From the NCBI GenBank assembly GCA_002308915.1, contig DBWI01000024.1, positions 2,004 to 66,003 on the forward strand: a stretch of 64,000 nt of DNA, given 5' to 3'. The notes beneath the pieces were generated by a model. That model was not told where the DNA came from, ran no database searches, and was given only the letters and a program-made list of their open reading frames with translations. The position numbers and the translations under genes are program-made. Shown here in pieces: positions 37,660-49,105 of this stretch (positions are counted from its first letter, which is position 1; each line of letters opens with the position of its first letter). This DNA is from Christensenella sp. UBA1242 (GTDB taxonomy: Bacteria > Bacillota > Clostridia > Christensenellales > UBA1242).

Positions 37660-38136
37660 TTATTCTACTGGAATTATTTTAATATTATCTAATGATTTTG
37701 ATGTTTGTTCCTTAACAATTGACACAATTTGCGCAACTTGAGTACTTTCTAGGTTTGTACACTTTACAATTACATTAACATTTGTTGCAGAATTTGTAAC
37801 AATAACATCTTGAAATCCCTTTGCTTTAATTAGTCCTTCCATAACCAACTCTGATTCCATTTGATTTACAATTTCCAATTTTTTTGCTTCAGCATTTGCT
37901 TTTGCCTCTTCAGTTGAACTTTCTGAATTAATGATAGCATCATAGTAAAGAAGTTCTTGATTTCTTGTTGATTGTCTATCTTCTCTATAAGTATCAAAAT
38001 AATTCATTGTTGTAACAGTTGCAGTCGTTTGCGCCGTTTCTGCATTTTTGTTTAATGTTATATTAAGATAACCAGTAACCCCAAGTAATAAAACCATAGC
38101 AGCCAAAATAATAATCTTTGTTCTTTTTTTCAACAT
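37660..38136 (-). CDS. spoIIIAH: stage III sporulation protein AH
   Basis: N-terminal TM anchor plus a YscJ/FliF-like C-terminal domain. Last gene of the eight-gene spoIIIA operon. Confidence 0.8.
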   Translation of the reverse strand: MLKKRTKIIILAAMVLLLGVTGYLNITLNKNAETAQTTATVTTMNYFDTYREDRQSTRNQELLYYDAIINSESSTEEAKANAEAKKLEIVNQMESELVMEGLIKAKGFQDVIVTNSATNVNVIVKCTNLESTQVAQIVSIVKEQTSKSLDNIKIIPVE

Positions 38137-38148
38137 AATATACTCCTT

Positions 38149-38697
38149 TTATTCTCCAACTAAAATTTCTATATCTTTTGAATTCACTTCCAACAGAGCT
38201 TCAACTGCTTTTTGAAGTTCCAATCTTACACTTATGTTCTTTGCTCCACTCGCAACAACCAAAACCCCTCCAACTTTTGGCAAATTCTCTTGCAAAATAA
38301 TAGGCGAAGATTTTCCGGAAACAGACACAAGTAGCACCTCGTCTTTTTTTGTTGTCTTTGTTGTAGTGTTTCCATTACTGGTTTGCGACGTTGTCTCTTC
38401 TGTAGTATTTGTTGCATATATGTATTCCACTCCACATTCAAGCGTAATCATGACTTTAACCTTACCTGCTCCAGATATGTGTGTCAATACATTACACAAT
38501 TTATTCTCTAAGTATTCTGCATATTCCTCAGTTGTTAAAGTTGTTAATGTATTTTTTTGAGAATTTGAAGAAGTAAATGTTGAAAAATAGATTAAAAGCA
38601 AAATTGCACAAAAAATAGCAATAACAATAAGCTCAAAATGTTTTATTTTCTTTAACTTATCAAAAAACATAAACTTTTTCTCTTTTTGGTCATTCAC
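38149..38697 (-). CDS. spoIIIAG: stage III sporulation protein AG
   Basis: N-terminal TM helix and a C-terminal beta-rich ring-forming domain (GGVLVVASGA). Operon position seven. Confidence 0.8.
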   Translation of the reverse strand: MNDQKEKKFMFFDKLKKIKHFELIVIAIFCAILLLIYFSTFTSSNSQKNTLTTLTTEEYAEYLENKLCNVLTHISGAGKVKVMITLECGVEYIYATNTTEETTSQTSNGNTTTKTTKKDEVLLVSVSGKSSPIILQENLPKVGGVLVVASGAKNISVRLELQKAVEALLEVNSKDIEILVGE

Positions 38698-39175
38698 TAA
38701 TTACAATATTCTCCATTTGAATGTCTATATATGTAGTAATACACTTAACAACTTCATTCTCTATATTTATATTCTGCAAATTTCCTTGTATAACCATTTG
38801 ACTCAAATCGACAAAAACTTTTTCTATCTTCATTTGTAATGTAAATATGTCAGCAGATATATATACTTCAACCCCATCAATTCCCGATTTTTCCAAACTA
38901 CTCTCTATCTTATCCTCTAACAACATAAGCTTATCGTGATTAAGTTGATATATGTAATCCTCTTGTAAATCAATACTTTGAGTTGGGAACATATCATTTA
39001 TGTTGTAATCTTTTTTTAATAGGTTTGGTAATGGTGTTACAACAACTAATATAATTGAAAAATTAAAAATTGTTTTAATAAAACCATTTAATCTTCCATC
39101 AGGTAAAAACAAATCTACCAAAACACTTAAAACAACAATCCCAGCTATTGATAAAATCCAATTTGAAATAGTCAT
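38690..39175 (-). CDS. spoIIIAF: stage III sporulation protein AF
   Basis: Two N-terminal TM helices. Start set to ATG 39175, preceded by AGGAG. Operon position six. Confidence 0.75.
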   Translation of the reverse strand: MTISNWILSIAGIVVLSVLVDLFLPDGRLNGFIKTIFNFSIILVVVTPLPNLLKKDYNINDMFPTQSIDLQEDYIYQLNHDKLMLLEDKIESSLEKSGIDGVEVYISADIFTLQMKIEKVFVDLSQMVIQGNLQNINIENEVVKCITTYIDIQMENIVISE

Positions 39176-39182
39176 AGAACTC

Positions 39183-40391
39183 CTAAATAAAATTTGCACT
39201 AAAAATAATCATTCCACTCATAATCATATACATAAAAGAACAACCAAGAATAAGCACAATAAGAAGTGATACACTACTAGCAATCATAGATAAAAAATTT
39301 GTTATTCTTGAATCAGTAATCGGCTCAAGTACAGCAGAAGCAAGTTTTAGACCAAACATAAACACAATAATTTTTATTAAAGGAATAACAATAGTAGCAA
39401 ATAGTAACAGCAATCCACACACACCAACAGCGTTTTTAATTAAAACACTAGATGCGATAATTAAATTCAATCCATCAGATAAATACCTGCCAACAATAGG
39501 AACTGAATTTTTTATTGCATATTTTGCCGTTCTAAAAGATATACCATCAATACTACCTGCCGTTATCCCCTGTATTGCCAAAAAAGCAGAAAAAACAGTA
39601 AATATAATACCTATTATCCACTTAAAACCACTTGAAAAAAAGTCTGCAAATTTACTCAATTTAATATTATTTGACAAATTTGAAATAACAGAAAAAACCA
39701 ACCTAAAAATAAAAATCGGCATCAATACAGAAGTAAAAATATTTATTATAGTTCCACTCAAAACCGCAACTGTTGGTTGATAAACAGACACTGAAGTTGT
39801 TCCCCCAACTGCAGTTAGCAATGTCAATAATATTGGAAATGATATATCCATTTGTTTTTTTATACTTTGTATTGTACTTGATGTTAAGGTTATCATATTA
39901 ACAGAATAAGCTACAAGTATTACAACTATACTTCCAAAACAAACAAAATGTATTACATCATCCAAAGATTTCATCTTTGAATTTGTTTTTGATGCAGAAA
40001 CCAAACTAAATACAACACTTATTGCAATAACCAATGACAATGTGGGCAAAAAAGAAAGCAAATTGTCAAAAAATAAATTTGTTATACTTAAAAAAATTGA
40101 AACTTGATTTTGAGAAAACTCTCCAGAAATAATCTTTTTTAACTTGTCCAAAAATGATGGTGAATCAAATATTTCTTTTTCTTCATCTCTCAATTCTGAT
40201 AAAATACTTTCAAACTTATCAAAATCAAGATTAGATAACTGAGATGAAATATTATTCTCAATAGTCTTTTCAAGTTCACTAGCAGTTAGTTCATCATCAC
40301 AGTAGACAACATCTAATGAATTGGCTTGCAACGCAAATGGAATATATAATCCAATAAAAACAGCAATAAGTAAAATACAAAATCGTTTCAT
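39183..40391 (-). CDS. spoIIIAE: stage III sporulation protein AE
   Basis: 402-aa protein with a signal peptide and multiple TM helices. Size and position are typical of SpoIIIAE. Confidence 0.85.
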   Translation of the reverse strand: MKRFCILLIAVFIGLYIPFALQANSLDVVYCDDELTASELEKTIENNISSQLSNLDFDKFESILSELRDEEKEIFDSPSFLDKLKKIISGEFSQNQVSIFLSITNLFFDNLLSFLPTLSLVIAISVVFSLVSASKTNSKMKSLDDVIHFVCFGSIVVILVAYSVNMITLTSSTIQSIKKQMDISFPILLTLLTAVGGTTSVSVYQPTVAVLSGTIINIFTSVLMPIFIFRLVFSVISNLSNNIKLSKFADFFSSGFKWIIGIIFTVFSAFLAIQGITAGSIDGISFRTAKYAIKNSVPIVGRYLSDGLNLIIASSVLIKNAVGVCGLLLLFATIVIPLIKIIVFMFGLKLASAVLEPITDSRITNFLSMIASSVSLLIVLILGCSFMYMIMSGMIIFSANFI

Positions 40392-40774
40392 GGCAATATC
40401 TCCACGATTATTTGTATTATATTAGTAATAATCGGCAATGACATTGCAAGTATAATAACCTTACCAGCAAAAACAATTTTACTTGCAATACCAGTATTTC
40501 CAGCATCAACACATGCATCTGCCCCAAATTCTGTTAAATATCCTATGCCTATTATTTTTAGTATTGTTTTAAATAAACCAGTATTAACTCCTGTTCGTTG
40601 CACCAAATTGGTAAATGTTTCTAGGATTTGAAAGAGATAATTTATAGTTTGAGATAGTATTAAAACACCACCACAAAGACCAATTATCAAACTTATTTCT
40701 GGTCTTACAGGTTTTATTAACATACTAGCAAAAACTGTTACCAAAGCAATTCCTAATATACGAATCAAATCCAA
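40388..40774 (-). CDS. spoIIIAD: stage III sporulation protein AD
   Basis: 128-aa hydrophobic protein with four helices. Operon position four. Confidence 0.85.
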   Translation of the reverse strand: MDLIRILGIALVTVFASMLIKPVRPEISLIIGLCGGVLILSQTINYLFQILETFTNLVQRTGVNTGLFKTILKIIGIGYLTEFGADACVDAGNTGIASKIVFAGKVIILAMSLPIITNIIQIIVEILP

Positions 40775-40783
40775 AATTATCTC

Positions 40784-40978
40784 CTAAAGGCCAAAAAGAT
40801 TCCTTACTTTATCAAATAAATTACTAATTAAATCAAGAACCATTAGCAGTACAATTATCAGCCCTGCCAAAGTAGAAAAAGTAGCAATATCTTCTTTGCC
40901 GCTTTGCTTTAGGATTTGTCCAACAACAGTTGTTAAAATACCAACTGCAGCAATTTTAAAAATTATCTCTACTCCCAT
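40784..40978 (-). CDS. spoIIIAC: stage III sporulation protein AC
   Basis: 64-aa two-helix protein (MGVEIIFKIAAVGILTTVVGQILKQSGKED...). Start set to ATG 40978, preceded by GGGAGAG. Confidence 0.85.
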   Translation of the reverse strand: MGVEIIFKIAAVGILTTVVGQILKQSGKEDIATFSTLAGLIIVLLMVLDLISNLFDKVRNLFGL

Positions 40979-40989
40979 ATTCTCTCCCA

Positions 40990-41484
40990 TCAAATAACAA
41001 GCAAACAAACAAGAAGGCCAACTATTATTCCCAATTTAATAAATAGGCTTGCGTATTTTTTACATTCTTCTCTTGACTCATCACATTTTATTTTTATCTT
41101 ATTTTTGTATGTACCCATTTCATTGCTAAGTGACATAACATCAAATCTACCAATATTCGAAAAATACTTATAAATAAATTCTTTCTCATCTTTTTTTAGT
41201 ATTGAAATATTGTCTAACAGACTTACTTCAATATTTTTTTTGTCTTCTAATCTTTGATATATTAAATCACATAATGCAATTAACTCTCGACTATTTAACT
41301 TTTCACAATTTCTTTTGATTACATATTTCAACTTATCATGAGTAAAAGTAACATCTGCCTCTATTGAACTCATTAATATCTCAAAACTAGAAAAGAATTT
41401 TTTTCTGCTTATATAATAATCTGCAATTTTATATCCCAAAAAAGCGAAACAGAAAACAATTAACAAAATTAAAGCAATTTTCAT
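40990..41484 (-). CDS. spoIIIAB: stage III sporulation protein AB
   Basis: 164 aa with TM helices at both ends and a helical cytoplasmic domain. Operon position two. Confidence 0.8.
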   Translation of the reverse strand: MKIALILLIVFCFAFLGYKIADYYISRKKFFSSFEILMSSIEADVTFTHDKLKYVIKRNCEKLNSRELIALCDLIYQRLEDKKNIEVSLLDNISILKKDEKEFIYKYFSNIGRFDVMSLSNEMGTYKNKIKIKCDESREECKKYASLFIKLGIIVGLLVCLLVI

Positions 41485-41487
41485 ATT

Positions 41488-42390
41488 TCACCATCTAACT
41501 ATTCTAGAAAACTTCTCGTTATAAACACCTTCAAATGTTCCTGGCCCTTCTCTATTAGACAATAAAACATATCTCTGAAAATAATAATTTGGAAGTTTAC
41601 AAAAAAACTCTTTTCTTCTTAATTCATCAAGATTATTTGCATGAATTGTTGCAATTACTTTAACACCACAATTCATAGCAGAGATCAAACTATTTATATC
41701 ATCTTCACTACCAATTTCATCAGTAACAATAACACTTGGGTTTAATGATCTTATTGCACACATAAAACCATAACTTTTATCAACATTACGTAGTACATCA
41801 CAAAAAATGCCAATACCTACCATATCACACGATATTTCTCCACGCTCATCTAGGATACAAACATTCAAACAATAGTTCCTCTCTGATAATTGATTAATAA
41901 AGTCTCTTATAAAAGTTGTTTTTCCGGCTCCTGGTGGTGATATTATTAGTGCATTTTTTATTTCATTATTTGAAACGATATCGTCAAAAGCACATAATGA
42001 TGCATTTTTTATATAATGTGGAATTCTTATATTTAAACTTGTCCAATTGGTTATAGTTTTTATTTGATTATTCTCGTATACAAATGTTCCTGCAATACCA
42101 ATTCTTATTCCACTTGGAAGAATAATATACCCTTGTTTAATTTGCTCATTAATTGAATAAATAGAAAAATCACTTGCCTTGTAAATGATATCTGCAATCA
42201 TATCTTGAGTTGCATATAATGCCAAATTTATATTACAAGTTATTCCATTTTGATATATATAATATGGCTGTGATTTTATAAAAACAACAATAGGCTTATC
42301 TTGTCTAATTCTTATTTCTGACAATTCGCCTATTGCAATTTTGTTATTTATGATATTATACAAATCACATGGTAAAATATCCTTAAGCAT
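41488..42390 (-). CDS. spoIIIAA: stage III sporulation protein AA (secretion-type ATPase)
   Basis: Walker A ISPPGAGKTTFIRD and Walker B VIVTDEIG. First gene of the operon. Confidence 0.9.
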   Translation of the reverse strand: MLKDILPCDLYNIINNKIAIGELSEIRIRQDKPIVVFIKSQPYYIYQNGITCNINLALYATQDMIADIIYKASDFSIYSINEQIKQGYIILPSGIRIGIAGTFVYENNQIKTITNWTSLNIRIPHYIKNASLCAFDDIVSNNEIKNALIISPPGAGKTTFIRDFINQLSERNYCLNVCILDERGEISCDMVGIGIFCDVLRNVDKSYGFMCAIRSLNPSVIVTDEIGSEDDINSLISAMNCGVKVIATIHANNLDELRRKEFFCKLPNYYFQRYVLLSNREGPGTFEGVYNEKFSRIVRW

Positions 42391-42421
42391 AACATCTCCA
42401 CATGATATATATATTTTTGAA

Positions 42422-42484
42422 ATAAAAAAAAATACCTATATAAAAGGTATTTTCTACAAAATAAAAGCCACTTGAATAAGTGGC
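42422..42484 (-). terminator. two tandem intrinsic terminators after efp
   Basis: Minus strand: GCCACTT-attc-AAGTGGC + TTTTAT (42484-42461), then ATACCT-tttatat-AGGTAT + T-run (42450-42422). Confidence 0.7.
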
Positions 42485-42490
42485 AATTTA

Positions 42491-43051
42491 TTATTTAACT
42501 CTTTCCATATAGCTACCATCACGAGTATCAACTCTGATTTTTTCGCCATTATTAACAAAAAGTGGAACACCAATAACATAACCTGTTTCAAGAGTTGCTG
42601 GCTTGTAACTTGACTTTGTTGTATCACCTTGAACACCTGGCTCACAATCAACAATTGTAAGTTCAACGAATGTTGGTGGTTCAACAGAGAAAGCAACACC
42701 TTTGTAGAATTGAATGTTTGCCATCATGTTCTCTGTCATAAAATTCATTGCATCTTCAACTTGAGATTTATTGAGAGGAATTTGATCATATGTTTCCATA
42801 TCCATAAAATAATAAAGATCACCTTCATTATAAAGATATTGCATTTCCTTTCTTTCAATAACTGCAACTTGGAACTTATCTGTTGGATTGAATGTTCTCT
42901 CCAAAACTTGTCCAGTAATAACATTTTTTAATTTTGTTCTTACAAATGGTGAACCCTTGCCTGGTTTTACATGTAAAAACTCAACAACAACATAAACATT
43001 TCCTTCCATTTCAAAGGTAACACCCTTTCTAAAATCACCTGCTGTAACCAT
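42491..43051 (-). CDS. efp: elongation factor P
   Basis: 186 aa: [38 protein letters not shown] (KOW/OB domain with the conserved Lys loop). Confidence 0.96.
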   Translation of the reverse strand: MVTAGDFRKGVTFEMEGNVYVVVEFLHVKPGKGSPFVRTKLKNVITGQVLERTFNPTDKFQVAVIERKEMQYLYNEGDLYYFMDMETYDQIPLNKSQVEDAMNFMTENMMANIQFYKGVAFSVEPPTFVELTIVDCEPGVQGDTTKSSYKPATLETGYVIGVPLFVNNGEKIRVDTRDGSYMERVK

Positions 43052-43120
43052 AAATAAATTTTCTCCTTATTAAACTAAAAAAATTATAACATACAAAATA
43101 ACACTTAATCAAGTAATTTT

Positions 43121-43675
43121 TTAATGTCCATACAAAATTGTGTAATTGCTATTCAAATAGGGTTTAATTTTTTTTATACTTGAAATCAATTCTGAAAAAT
43201 TGCCATCATAAAAATCTGTTCTTCCATAACCATTTTCAAATAGCAAATCGCCACAAAATACATTGTTTTTATATATATAAACAACACTCCCTTTTGAATG
43301 TCCGGGAGTATGCAACACTTTGAATACAATATTATTGACTTCAATCTCTCCTTCTTGCAATAGAACATCTGCGGTAAAACTATCAAAACTTTTTTGGACT
43401 ATATATGACAAATTCCCATTTGTATATAATTTGTCAGCATCGGCTTGATGTATATAAATCTTAACACCTTTTTCTTGAAATTTTTTACAACTTGCACAAT
43501 GATCAAAATGACCATGCGTTAATAATATTGCCTTAGGTGAAAGATTTTTTTCGTGTAAAAAGGCATCTATTTTTTCATATTCTTCACCAGCATCAATTAT
43601 TACGCAAGACTTATTATCTTCAGTAATTATATAGCAATTCTCCATTAATTCGCCAAGAACTATTTTATATATCAT
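43121..43675 (-). CDS. MBL-fold metallo-hydrolase
   Basis: THGHFDH metal-binding motif plus a downstream HTPGHS. Confidence 0.8.
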   Translation of the reverse strand: MIYKIVLGELMENCYIITEDNKSCVIIDAGEEYEKIDAFLHEKNLSPKAILLTHGHFDHCASCKKFQEKGVKIYIHQADADKLYTNGNLSYIVQKSFDSFTADVLLQEGEIEVNNIVFKVLHTPGHSKGSVVYIYKNNVFCGDLLFENGYGRTDFYDGNFSELISSIKKIKPYLNSNYTILYGH

Positions 43676-44532
43676 AATAAACTATCATATATTCCTTTCA
43701 TAATTAAACTATCAGTAGTTTGATGACTTTGCGATTCACAAATTATTGTTGGAGTTAATCCCATATCTTTTATAACCCTTGCAAGTGGTTCAAAGTCAGG
43801 ACCATAAATTTCATCATCATAGTTCAAGTGTCTAATTTCACCTTTTTCACCATATTCAATTTTTGAAAAATGTATATGGCAATTTTTTGCTCTGTTACCC
43901 AGCTTTTCTATAGCCAAATCAAATACTTTTTTGTAATCATCATATGTTTTCAAAGTTCCACCTGTTAAAGCATTAATGTGACCAAAATCAAATGTTGGAA
44001 CCAAGCATTCATCAAGTGTACAAATATCAATAATCTCTTGATAAGTGCCAATTTGTTGAGGTTTCCCCATGGCTTCAGGACAAATTCTCATACCTGGTTT
44101 CAATAAATTTTTCTCTCTACAAATATCAATAGCTCTTTTAAGGTTTTTCTTAACTAAATCAATTGCAACACTTCTTTCTAATTTTCCACAAGAACCAACA
44201 TGAACAACATAATCAGTGCCACCAAAGCAATCTAATAATTCCAAACCTCTTGTGATGTAATTAAAAGATTTTTGTATCATTTCTTCATCTGGATTAGCAA
44301 GGTTGATATAATATGGAGCATGAGCAGAAACCAAAATGTCATTTTCTCTTGCTGCCTCACCAATTTTTGTTGCAGTATCTTCTTTTACAGTAAAGCCCCT
44401 ACCAAAAGAAAATTCATAAGCAGATAGACCTTTACTCTTCAACCAAGCTGGTGCTTCAACAGAATGCTTGTAACCTTCATCATAAAAAATTTGTTCATTC
44501 CCAGATGGTCCAAATCTCAATTTTTTCTCCAT
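43672..44532 (-). CDS. AP-endonuclease-2 / endonuclease IV-like TIM-barrel protein
   Basis: SAHAPYYINLANPD, HVGS, PEAMG, FDFGH and HIHFS motifs parallel the metal ligands of the Nfo/xylose-isomerase-like TIM-barrel family. Confidence 0.6.
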   Translation of the reverse strand: MEKKLRFGPSGNEQIFYDEGYKHSVEAPAWLKSKGLSAYEFSFGRGFTVKEDTATKIGEAARENDILVSAHAPYYINLANPDEEMIQKSFNYITRGLELLDCFGGTDYVVHVGSCGKLERSVAIDLVKKNLKRAIDICREKNLLKPGMRICPEAMGKPQQIGTYQEIIDICTLDECLVPTFDFGHINALTGGTLKTYDDYKKVFDLAIEKLGNRAKNCHIHFSKIEYGEKGEIRHLNYDDEIYGPDFEPLARVIKDMGLTPTIICESQSHQTTDSLIMKGIYDSLL

Positions 44533-44535
44533 GTT

Positions 44536-45213
44536 TTATACCTCAATATATTCAAATTTTCCACTTTTAATTTCTTCCAAAGTGTAGGCTTGTTTTAAAG
44601 TTAAATCAGCACATCTTGTACGTATTATTGCAAGCATTGTGCCATATGTTGATAAAGAATATGCAATATCACGACATAAACTTCTAATATAGGTTCCTCC
44701 TGAACAGGTTATTTCAAACATAAATGTATTATTGCCTACTTGATATAAAACATCACATGAATAAATTGTAATATGTCTTGTTTTTAGTTCAAATTCCTCA
44801 CCCTGACGTGCAAGATTATATGCTTTTTTGCCATTCACTTTTTTGGCTGAATATTTTGGTGGAATTTGATCAAACTCTCCAACAAAATTCTTACAACATT
44901 CCTTAACTTGCTCTAGTGATATATTGGTATCACATTTATTTATAACCACACCTTCACTATCTAATGTATCTGTTTCTATTCCAAAACTGAACACAGCACG
45001 ATATGTTTTAACTTTATTCAAAAACTCATCAAATAGCTTTGTTCCTTTATTTATACCCAGGACCAAAACTCCACTTCCAAGCGGATCCAAAGTGCCCATA
45101 TGTCCTATTTTGTTAGGTTTAATTGTTCTTTTTACTATTTGAACAGCAAGACTTGAAGACATCCCCGTCGGTTTGTTTAGAACAATAATGGCATTTTTGT
45201 CAAACATTATCAT
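44536..45213 (-). CDS. truB: tRNA pseudouridine(55) synthase TruB (short form, no C-terminal PUA domain)
   Basis: GHMGTLDPLGSGVLVLGINKGTKL catalytic motif and GGTYIRSLCRDI. At 225 aa it ends before the region where the PUA domain normally starts. Confidence 0.88.
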   Translation of the reverse strand: MIMFDKNAIIVLNKPTGMSSSLAVQIVKRTIKPNKIGHMGTLDPLGSGVLVLGINKGTKLFDEFLNKVKTYRAVFSFGIETDTLDSEGVVINKCDTNISLEQVKECCKNFVGEFDQIPPKYSAKKVNGKKAYNLARQGEEFELKTRHITIYSCDVLYQVGNNTFMFEITCSGGTYIRSLCRDIAYSLSTYGTMLAIIRTRCADLTLKQAYTLEEIKSGKFEYIEV

Positions 45214-46171
45214 TCCCCTCTTCTACTGCTTCTTTACATGCTTTAATTACATTTTCTAAAGCTTCTTTTTTTGTACCATAGTATGTAGCGCCACTTGCTT
45301 GAGTATGGCCACCACCATTGAATTGATTAGCAACTTTACTTACATTATATCCCTTTAGACATCTAAAATTTAATCTAAACACATTTTTTTGTTTCTCTAC
45401 AAATAAAACTGCAACTTTTGTACCTTCTAAATTAAGTAATCTGTTAACATAATCACCTAAATCATGCGATGTGTAGCCATTTTTATTCATAAAATCATAA
45501 CTAACAACATTATATGTTAATCCATTGTCCATAACTATATTTTGGTCTAGTTCTGTTGTCATCTTAAAAGTTTTTAGTGGTTCAAGTTTGAATACATGAT
45601 AATTTACTAAGCTAATATCTGCACCAAGGTCAATTAAGTCACCAGCAATTTTATGAGTTGTTGAAGTTGTGTTATCATGCATAAAACAACCTGTATCATC
45701 ACTTACACCCAAGTAAAGCATTGTTGCAACATCTTTTGTAATTTTAACTTTACTCTTTTTTATCATCTCATAAACAATTTCAGCACAAGATGCTCTGTGC
45801 TCTACATATGTATATTTACCAGTCAAGTCACGACTTAAATGATGATCTATAACAATTGTATTATTAAATTTTTGAAATACTTCAGCATATTTACCAAGCA
45901 ATTTTGAAGTAGCAACATCAGTTGAAATTAGTAAATCATAATTATTTTCATCAAATTCACAAGTATTTAAGTTCTCGTATTTAATGAAATCATATGGAGC
46001 AGTTAAATCATCATCAATAAAAACATCTACATCTTTTCCAAATTTTTTACATAAAAAAGAAATGGCATAAGAACTGCCCAAACAATCTCCATCTGGAGAT
46101 TGATGAGCAAATACTGCCACTCTTTTACTATTTTTAATTATTTTAAAAATCTTCTTCATTATCACCTTCAT
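45200..46171 (-). CDS. nrnA: DHH/DHHA1 phosphoesterase (NrnA-like oligoribonuclease/pAp phosphatase)
   Basis: HQSPDGDCLGS, DHH and GGGH motifs. Lies between rbfA and truB as in many Clostridia. Confidence 0.8.
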   Translation of the reverse strand: MKVIMKKIFKIIKNSKRVAVFAHQSPDGDCLGSSYAISFLCKKFGKDVDVFIDDDLTAPYDFIKYENLNTCEFDENNYDLLISTDVATSKLLGKYAEVFQKFNNTIVIDHHLSRDLTGKYTYVEHRASCAEIVYEMIKKSKVKITKDVATMLYLGVSDDTGCFMHDNTTSTTHKIAGDLIDLGADISLVNYHVFKLEPLKTFKMTTELDQNIVMDNGLTYNVVSYDFMNKNGYTSHDLGDYVNRLLNLEGTKVAVLFVEKQKNVFRLNFRCLKGYNVSKVANQFNGGGHTQASGATYYGTKKEALENVIKACKEAVEEGNDNV

Positions 46172-46517
46172 CAGCTTCAGGAATGTTTAATGTGCTAAGT
46201 ATAGCATTTATTTTATCACTATGACTTGCACCTTCATCAAGAATAAATACAATTTCTGGAGTATATGGCAACTTAACTTCTTTGATAAGCTCACGTTTGA
46301 TAAATCCTTCACTTTTTCTTAGTTGTTTCATTACAATATTTTTATCACCAGTATATATGCTTATTCCAATTTTGCAATGTCTAAAATCACTAGATAAGTT
46401 AGCATAAGTAACTGTAATAAACTCATTAAGTCTAGGATCATTAACTTTGTTTCTTAATATATTAGAAATTGCCTTTTCAACTTCAGAATTTGCTCTTTCT
46501 ATTCTAAGATTTTGCAT
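46143..46517 (-). CDS. rbfA: ribosome-binding factor A
   Basis: RIERANSEVEKAISNIL...DPRL N-terminus typical of RbfA. Follows infB. Confidence 0.9.
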   Translation of the reverse strand: MQNLRIERANSEVEKAISNILRNKVNDPRLNEFITVTYANLSSDFRHCKIGISIYTGDKNIVMKQLRKSEGFIKRELIKEVKLPYTPEIVFILDEGASHSDKINAILSTLNIPEADEGDNEEDF

Positions 46518-46519
46518 AA

Positions 46520-49099
46520 TTAACCTCTTTTAATTTCAACTTTTTGGAATATTTCAAGTGTATCACCAACTTGAATACCAGTTGAATCTTTAAGCTTTAT
46601 ACCACATTCATAGCCATAATTTACTTCAGCTTTGTCATCTTTTTGAATACGTAATGCTTGAATTTCTGTTTCTAGAAGCTTTTCATCTCCATGATAAACA
46701 TTAACTATACCATTTCTTATTGCTTTACCATCAAGAATATAACAACCACAAACAACACCACTTGTAGAAAGCTTAAACATTGCTCTAACTTCTGCTTTAC
46801 CAATATATTGATTTTCATACTTAACAGAAAGCATACCATTAAGAGCTTTTGTGATTTCGTCTACAACTTCATAAATTACTTTATAACTTTTGATTTGAAC
46901 AGACATAGAATCTGCAATTTGTTCTATTTTTGAAGACATCTTAAGGTTAAAGTTGATAATTACAGCCCCAGACGCTTGTGCAAGAACGATATCAGATTCA
47001 GTAACAGCACCAGCACCACTATGAATGCATACAACTCTAGCTTCTTCATTTCTTATAGCTGTTAAAGACTGTTTAAGTGCTTCAACAGAACCTTGAACAT
47101 CTGCTTTGATAATAATATTTAGCGCTTTAAGTTTTCCTTCATTAACTTTATCCATAAAGTCTTCAAGAGAAACACCACTTGTTGAGTTGGCACGCATTTC
47201 TTTTGCTTTTGCAATTCTTTCTTGAATAACTTGTTTTGATAATTTCTCATCAACAGCGAACACTCTATCACCAGAATTAGGAACACTATCAAGTCCCAAT
47301 ACTGCAACAGGAGTGCTAGGTGGTGCAACTTTTATTGTTTTACCATTTTCATCAAACATTGCTCTAACCTTACCAAAGCTAATACCACTCATTATTGAAT
47401 CACCAACTTTAAGAGTACCACTTTGAACAAGGACAGTTGCAATTGCACCTCTGTTTTTGTCAAGTTCAGCTTCAATAACTGTACCAACTGCACTTTGATT
47501 TGGATTTGCTTTCAACTCTTGAATTTCAGCAACAAGTAATATCATTTTTAATAAATCATCAATGCCTATACCTTTTTTAGCTGAAACAGGAACAAGAATT
47601 GCATCTCCACCCCATTCTTCAGGAAGAACACCATTTTCTGCAAGTTGTTGTTTACATTTGTCAATATTGGCTTCTGGCTTATCAATTTTGTTAATTGCAA
47701 CTATCATTGGAACATTTGCAGCTTTTATATGGTTAATTGCTTCAATTGTTTGAGGCATAATACCATCATCAGCGGCAACAACAAGAATTGCAATATCTGT
47801 AACTTCTGCCCCTCTAGCTCTCATAGCAGTAAATGCTGCGTGTCCTGGTGTATCAATAAATGTTATCTTTTCACCATTAAAGTTGACTTGATAAGCACCT
47901 ATTTTTTGTGTAATTCCACCAGCTTCACCGCTTACCACATTTGTCTTTCTGATTGCATCCAATAATGAAGTCTTACCATGGTCAACGTGTCCCATAACAG
48001 CAACAACTGGCGGACGCTTAACCATATTGCTTTCATCCTGATCAGCAACATCATCATACAATTGTTCTTCATATGTTTTTTCTAATTTTTGTTCAAGTTT
48101 TACACCAAGTTCACCCGCAACTAGTTCAGCAGTCATAAAATCAATACTTGAGTTTATGTTAGCCATAATTCCAAGCATCATAAGTTGTTTTATGATTTCT
48201 GTAACAGGTTTACCTGTTTTTTCAGAAAGTGTTTTTACTGTTACATCTTCTGTTGTTATAACTGCACTTTCAATTTGTGGTGCAACAAAAGTTTTTTGCT
48301 CTTTCTTTTTCTTTGCCAACTTTCTGTTGCCCATTCTGTCGCCATCATAATCATCAATATCATTGTCAACAATGATATTTTTTCTCATTAAAGCTTTTTT
48401 GTTTATTTGTTTTTTCTCTTCTAAATTTCTATTAGATTTGTTCTTGTTTCCAAAATTTCTTTCTGGTTGAGCAAGAACACTACTGCTTTCTGTTGGAGCA
48501 AATACTTTGAATTGATTTGATTTTGTTGAAACAAAGTTTCTTCCACCTTGTAGTGGTCTTTTTTCAAATGGTTTTTGGCCAGGTTTTGTTGGATTAAATT
48601 GTCTGTTTTGTTGACCTTGAGGTTTTCTTTGTTGTTGATTATTTTGGAATTGACCTCTGTTTTGTTGTCTGTTGTCTTGCCATCTTCTTTGGTCATTACT
48701 ATTTTGATTGTTTGAAAAATCTCTACTCTTTGTGAAAGTAGTATTTTTTTGTTTAATATCATTTCTATTTTTAACATCTAGTTTGTTATTAGATTTTGCA
48801 AAATCACTCTCTTTTGATGTTTTTTCAACAGAACTTACATTATTATTTTTTGTATCAGAGCTCTGTTTTGGTTCATCAACAACTTCTACAACATGCAAAT
48901 CAATCTTTTCTTCTTTTTTGGATTCATTTTGAAGTTGAGAGAAATTTCTTTGCAATTCTCTAATTTTCTTTAAAGTGTCTTCCATTTGATCTCTAGATGA
49001 TCTAACATCTCTAATCATAACTTGGATTTGGCCACTTTTTTGAACATTAAAAATAGCTTTCAAATTATTTAATCCAATTTCTTTTTCTTGTTCAGTCAA
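46520..49099 (-). CDS. infB: translation initiation factor IF-2
   Basis: 859 aa with GTPase motifs [17 protein letters not shown] and NKID. Q/N/K-rich N-terminal region. TTG start 9 nt after AAGGAG. Confidence 0.97.
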   Translation of the reverse strand: MTEQEKEIGLNNLKAIFNVQKSGQIQVMIRDVRSSRDQMEDTLKKIRELQRNFSQLQNESKKEEKIDLHVVEVVDEPKQSSDTKNNNVSSVEKTSKESDFAKSNNKLDVKNRNDIKQKNTTFTKSRDFSNNQNSNDQRRWQDNRQQNRGQFQNNQQQRKPQGQQNRQFNPTKPGQKPFEKRPLQGGRNFVSTKSNQFKVFAPTESSSVLAQPERNFGNKNKSNRNLEEKKQINKKALMRKNIIVDNDIDDYDGDRMGNRKLAKKKKEQKTFVAPQIESAVITTEDVTVKTLSEKTGKPVTEIIKQLMMLGIMANINSSIDFMTAELVAGELGVKLEQKLEKTYEEQLYDDVADQDESNMVKRPPVVAVMGHVDHGKTSLLDAIRKTNVVSGEAGGITQKIGAYQVNFNGEKITFIDTPGHAAFTAMRARGAEVTDIAILVVAADDGIMPQTIEAINHIKAANVPMIVAINKIDKPEANIDKCKQQLAENGVLPEEWGGDAILVPVSAKKGIGIDDLLKMILLVAEIQELKANPNQSAVGTVIEAELDKNRGAIATVLVQSGTLKVGDSIMSGISFGKVRAMFDENGKTIKVAPPSTPVAVLGLDSVPNSGDRVFAVDEKLSKQVIQERIAKAKEMRANSTSGVSLEDFMDKVNEGKLKALNIIIKADVQGSVEALKQSLTAIRNEEARVVCIHSGAGAVTESDIVLAQASGAVIINFNLKMSSKIEQIADSMSVQIKSYKVIYEVVDEITKALNGMLSVKYENQYIGKAEVRAMFKLSTSGVVCGCYILDGKAIRNGIVNVYHGDEKLLETEIQALRIQKDDKAEVNYGYECGIKLKDSTGIQVGDTLEIFQKVEIKRG

Positions 49100-49105
49100 A
49101 TTATT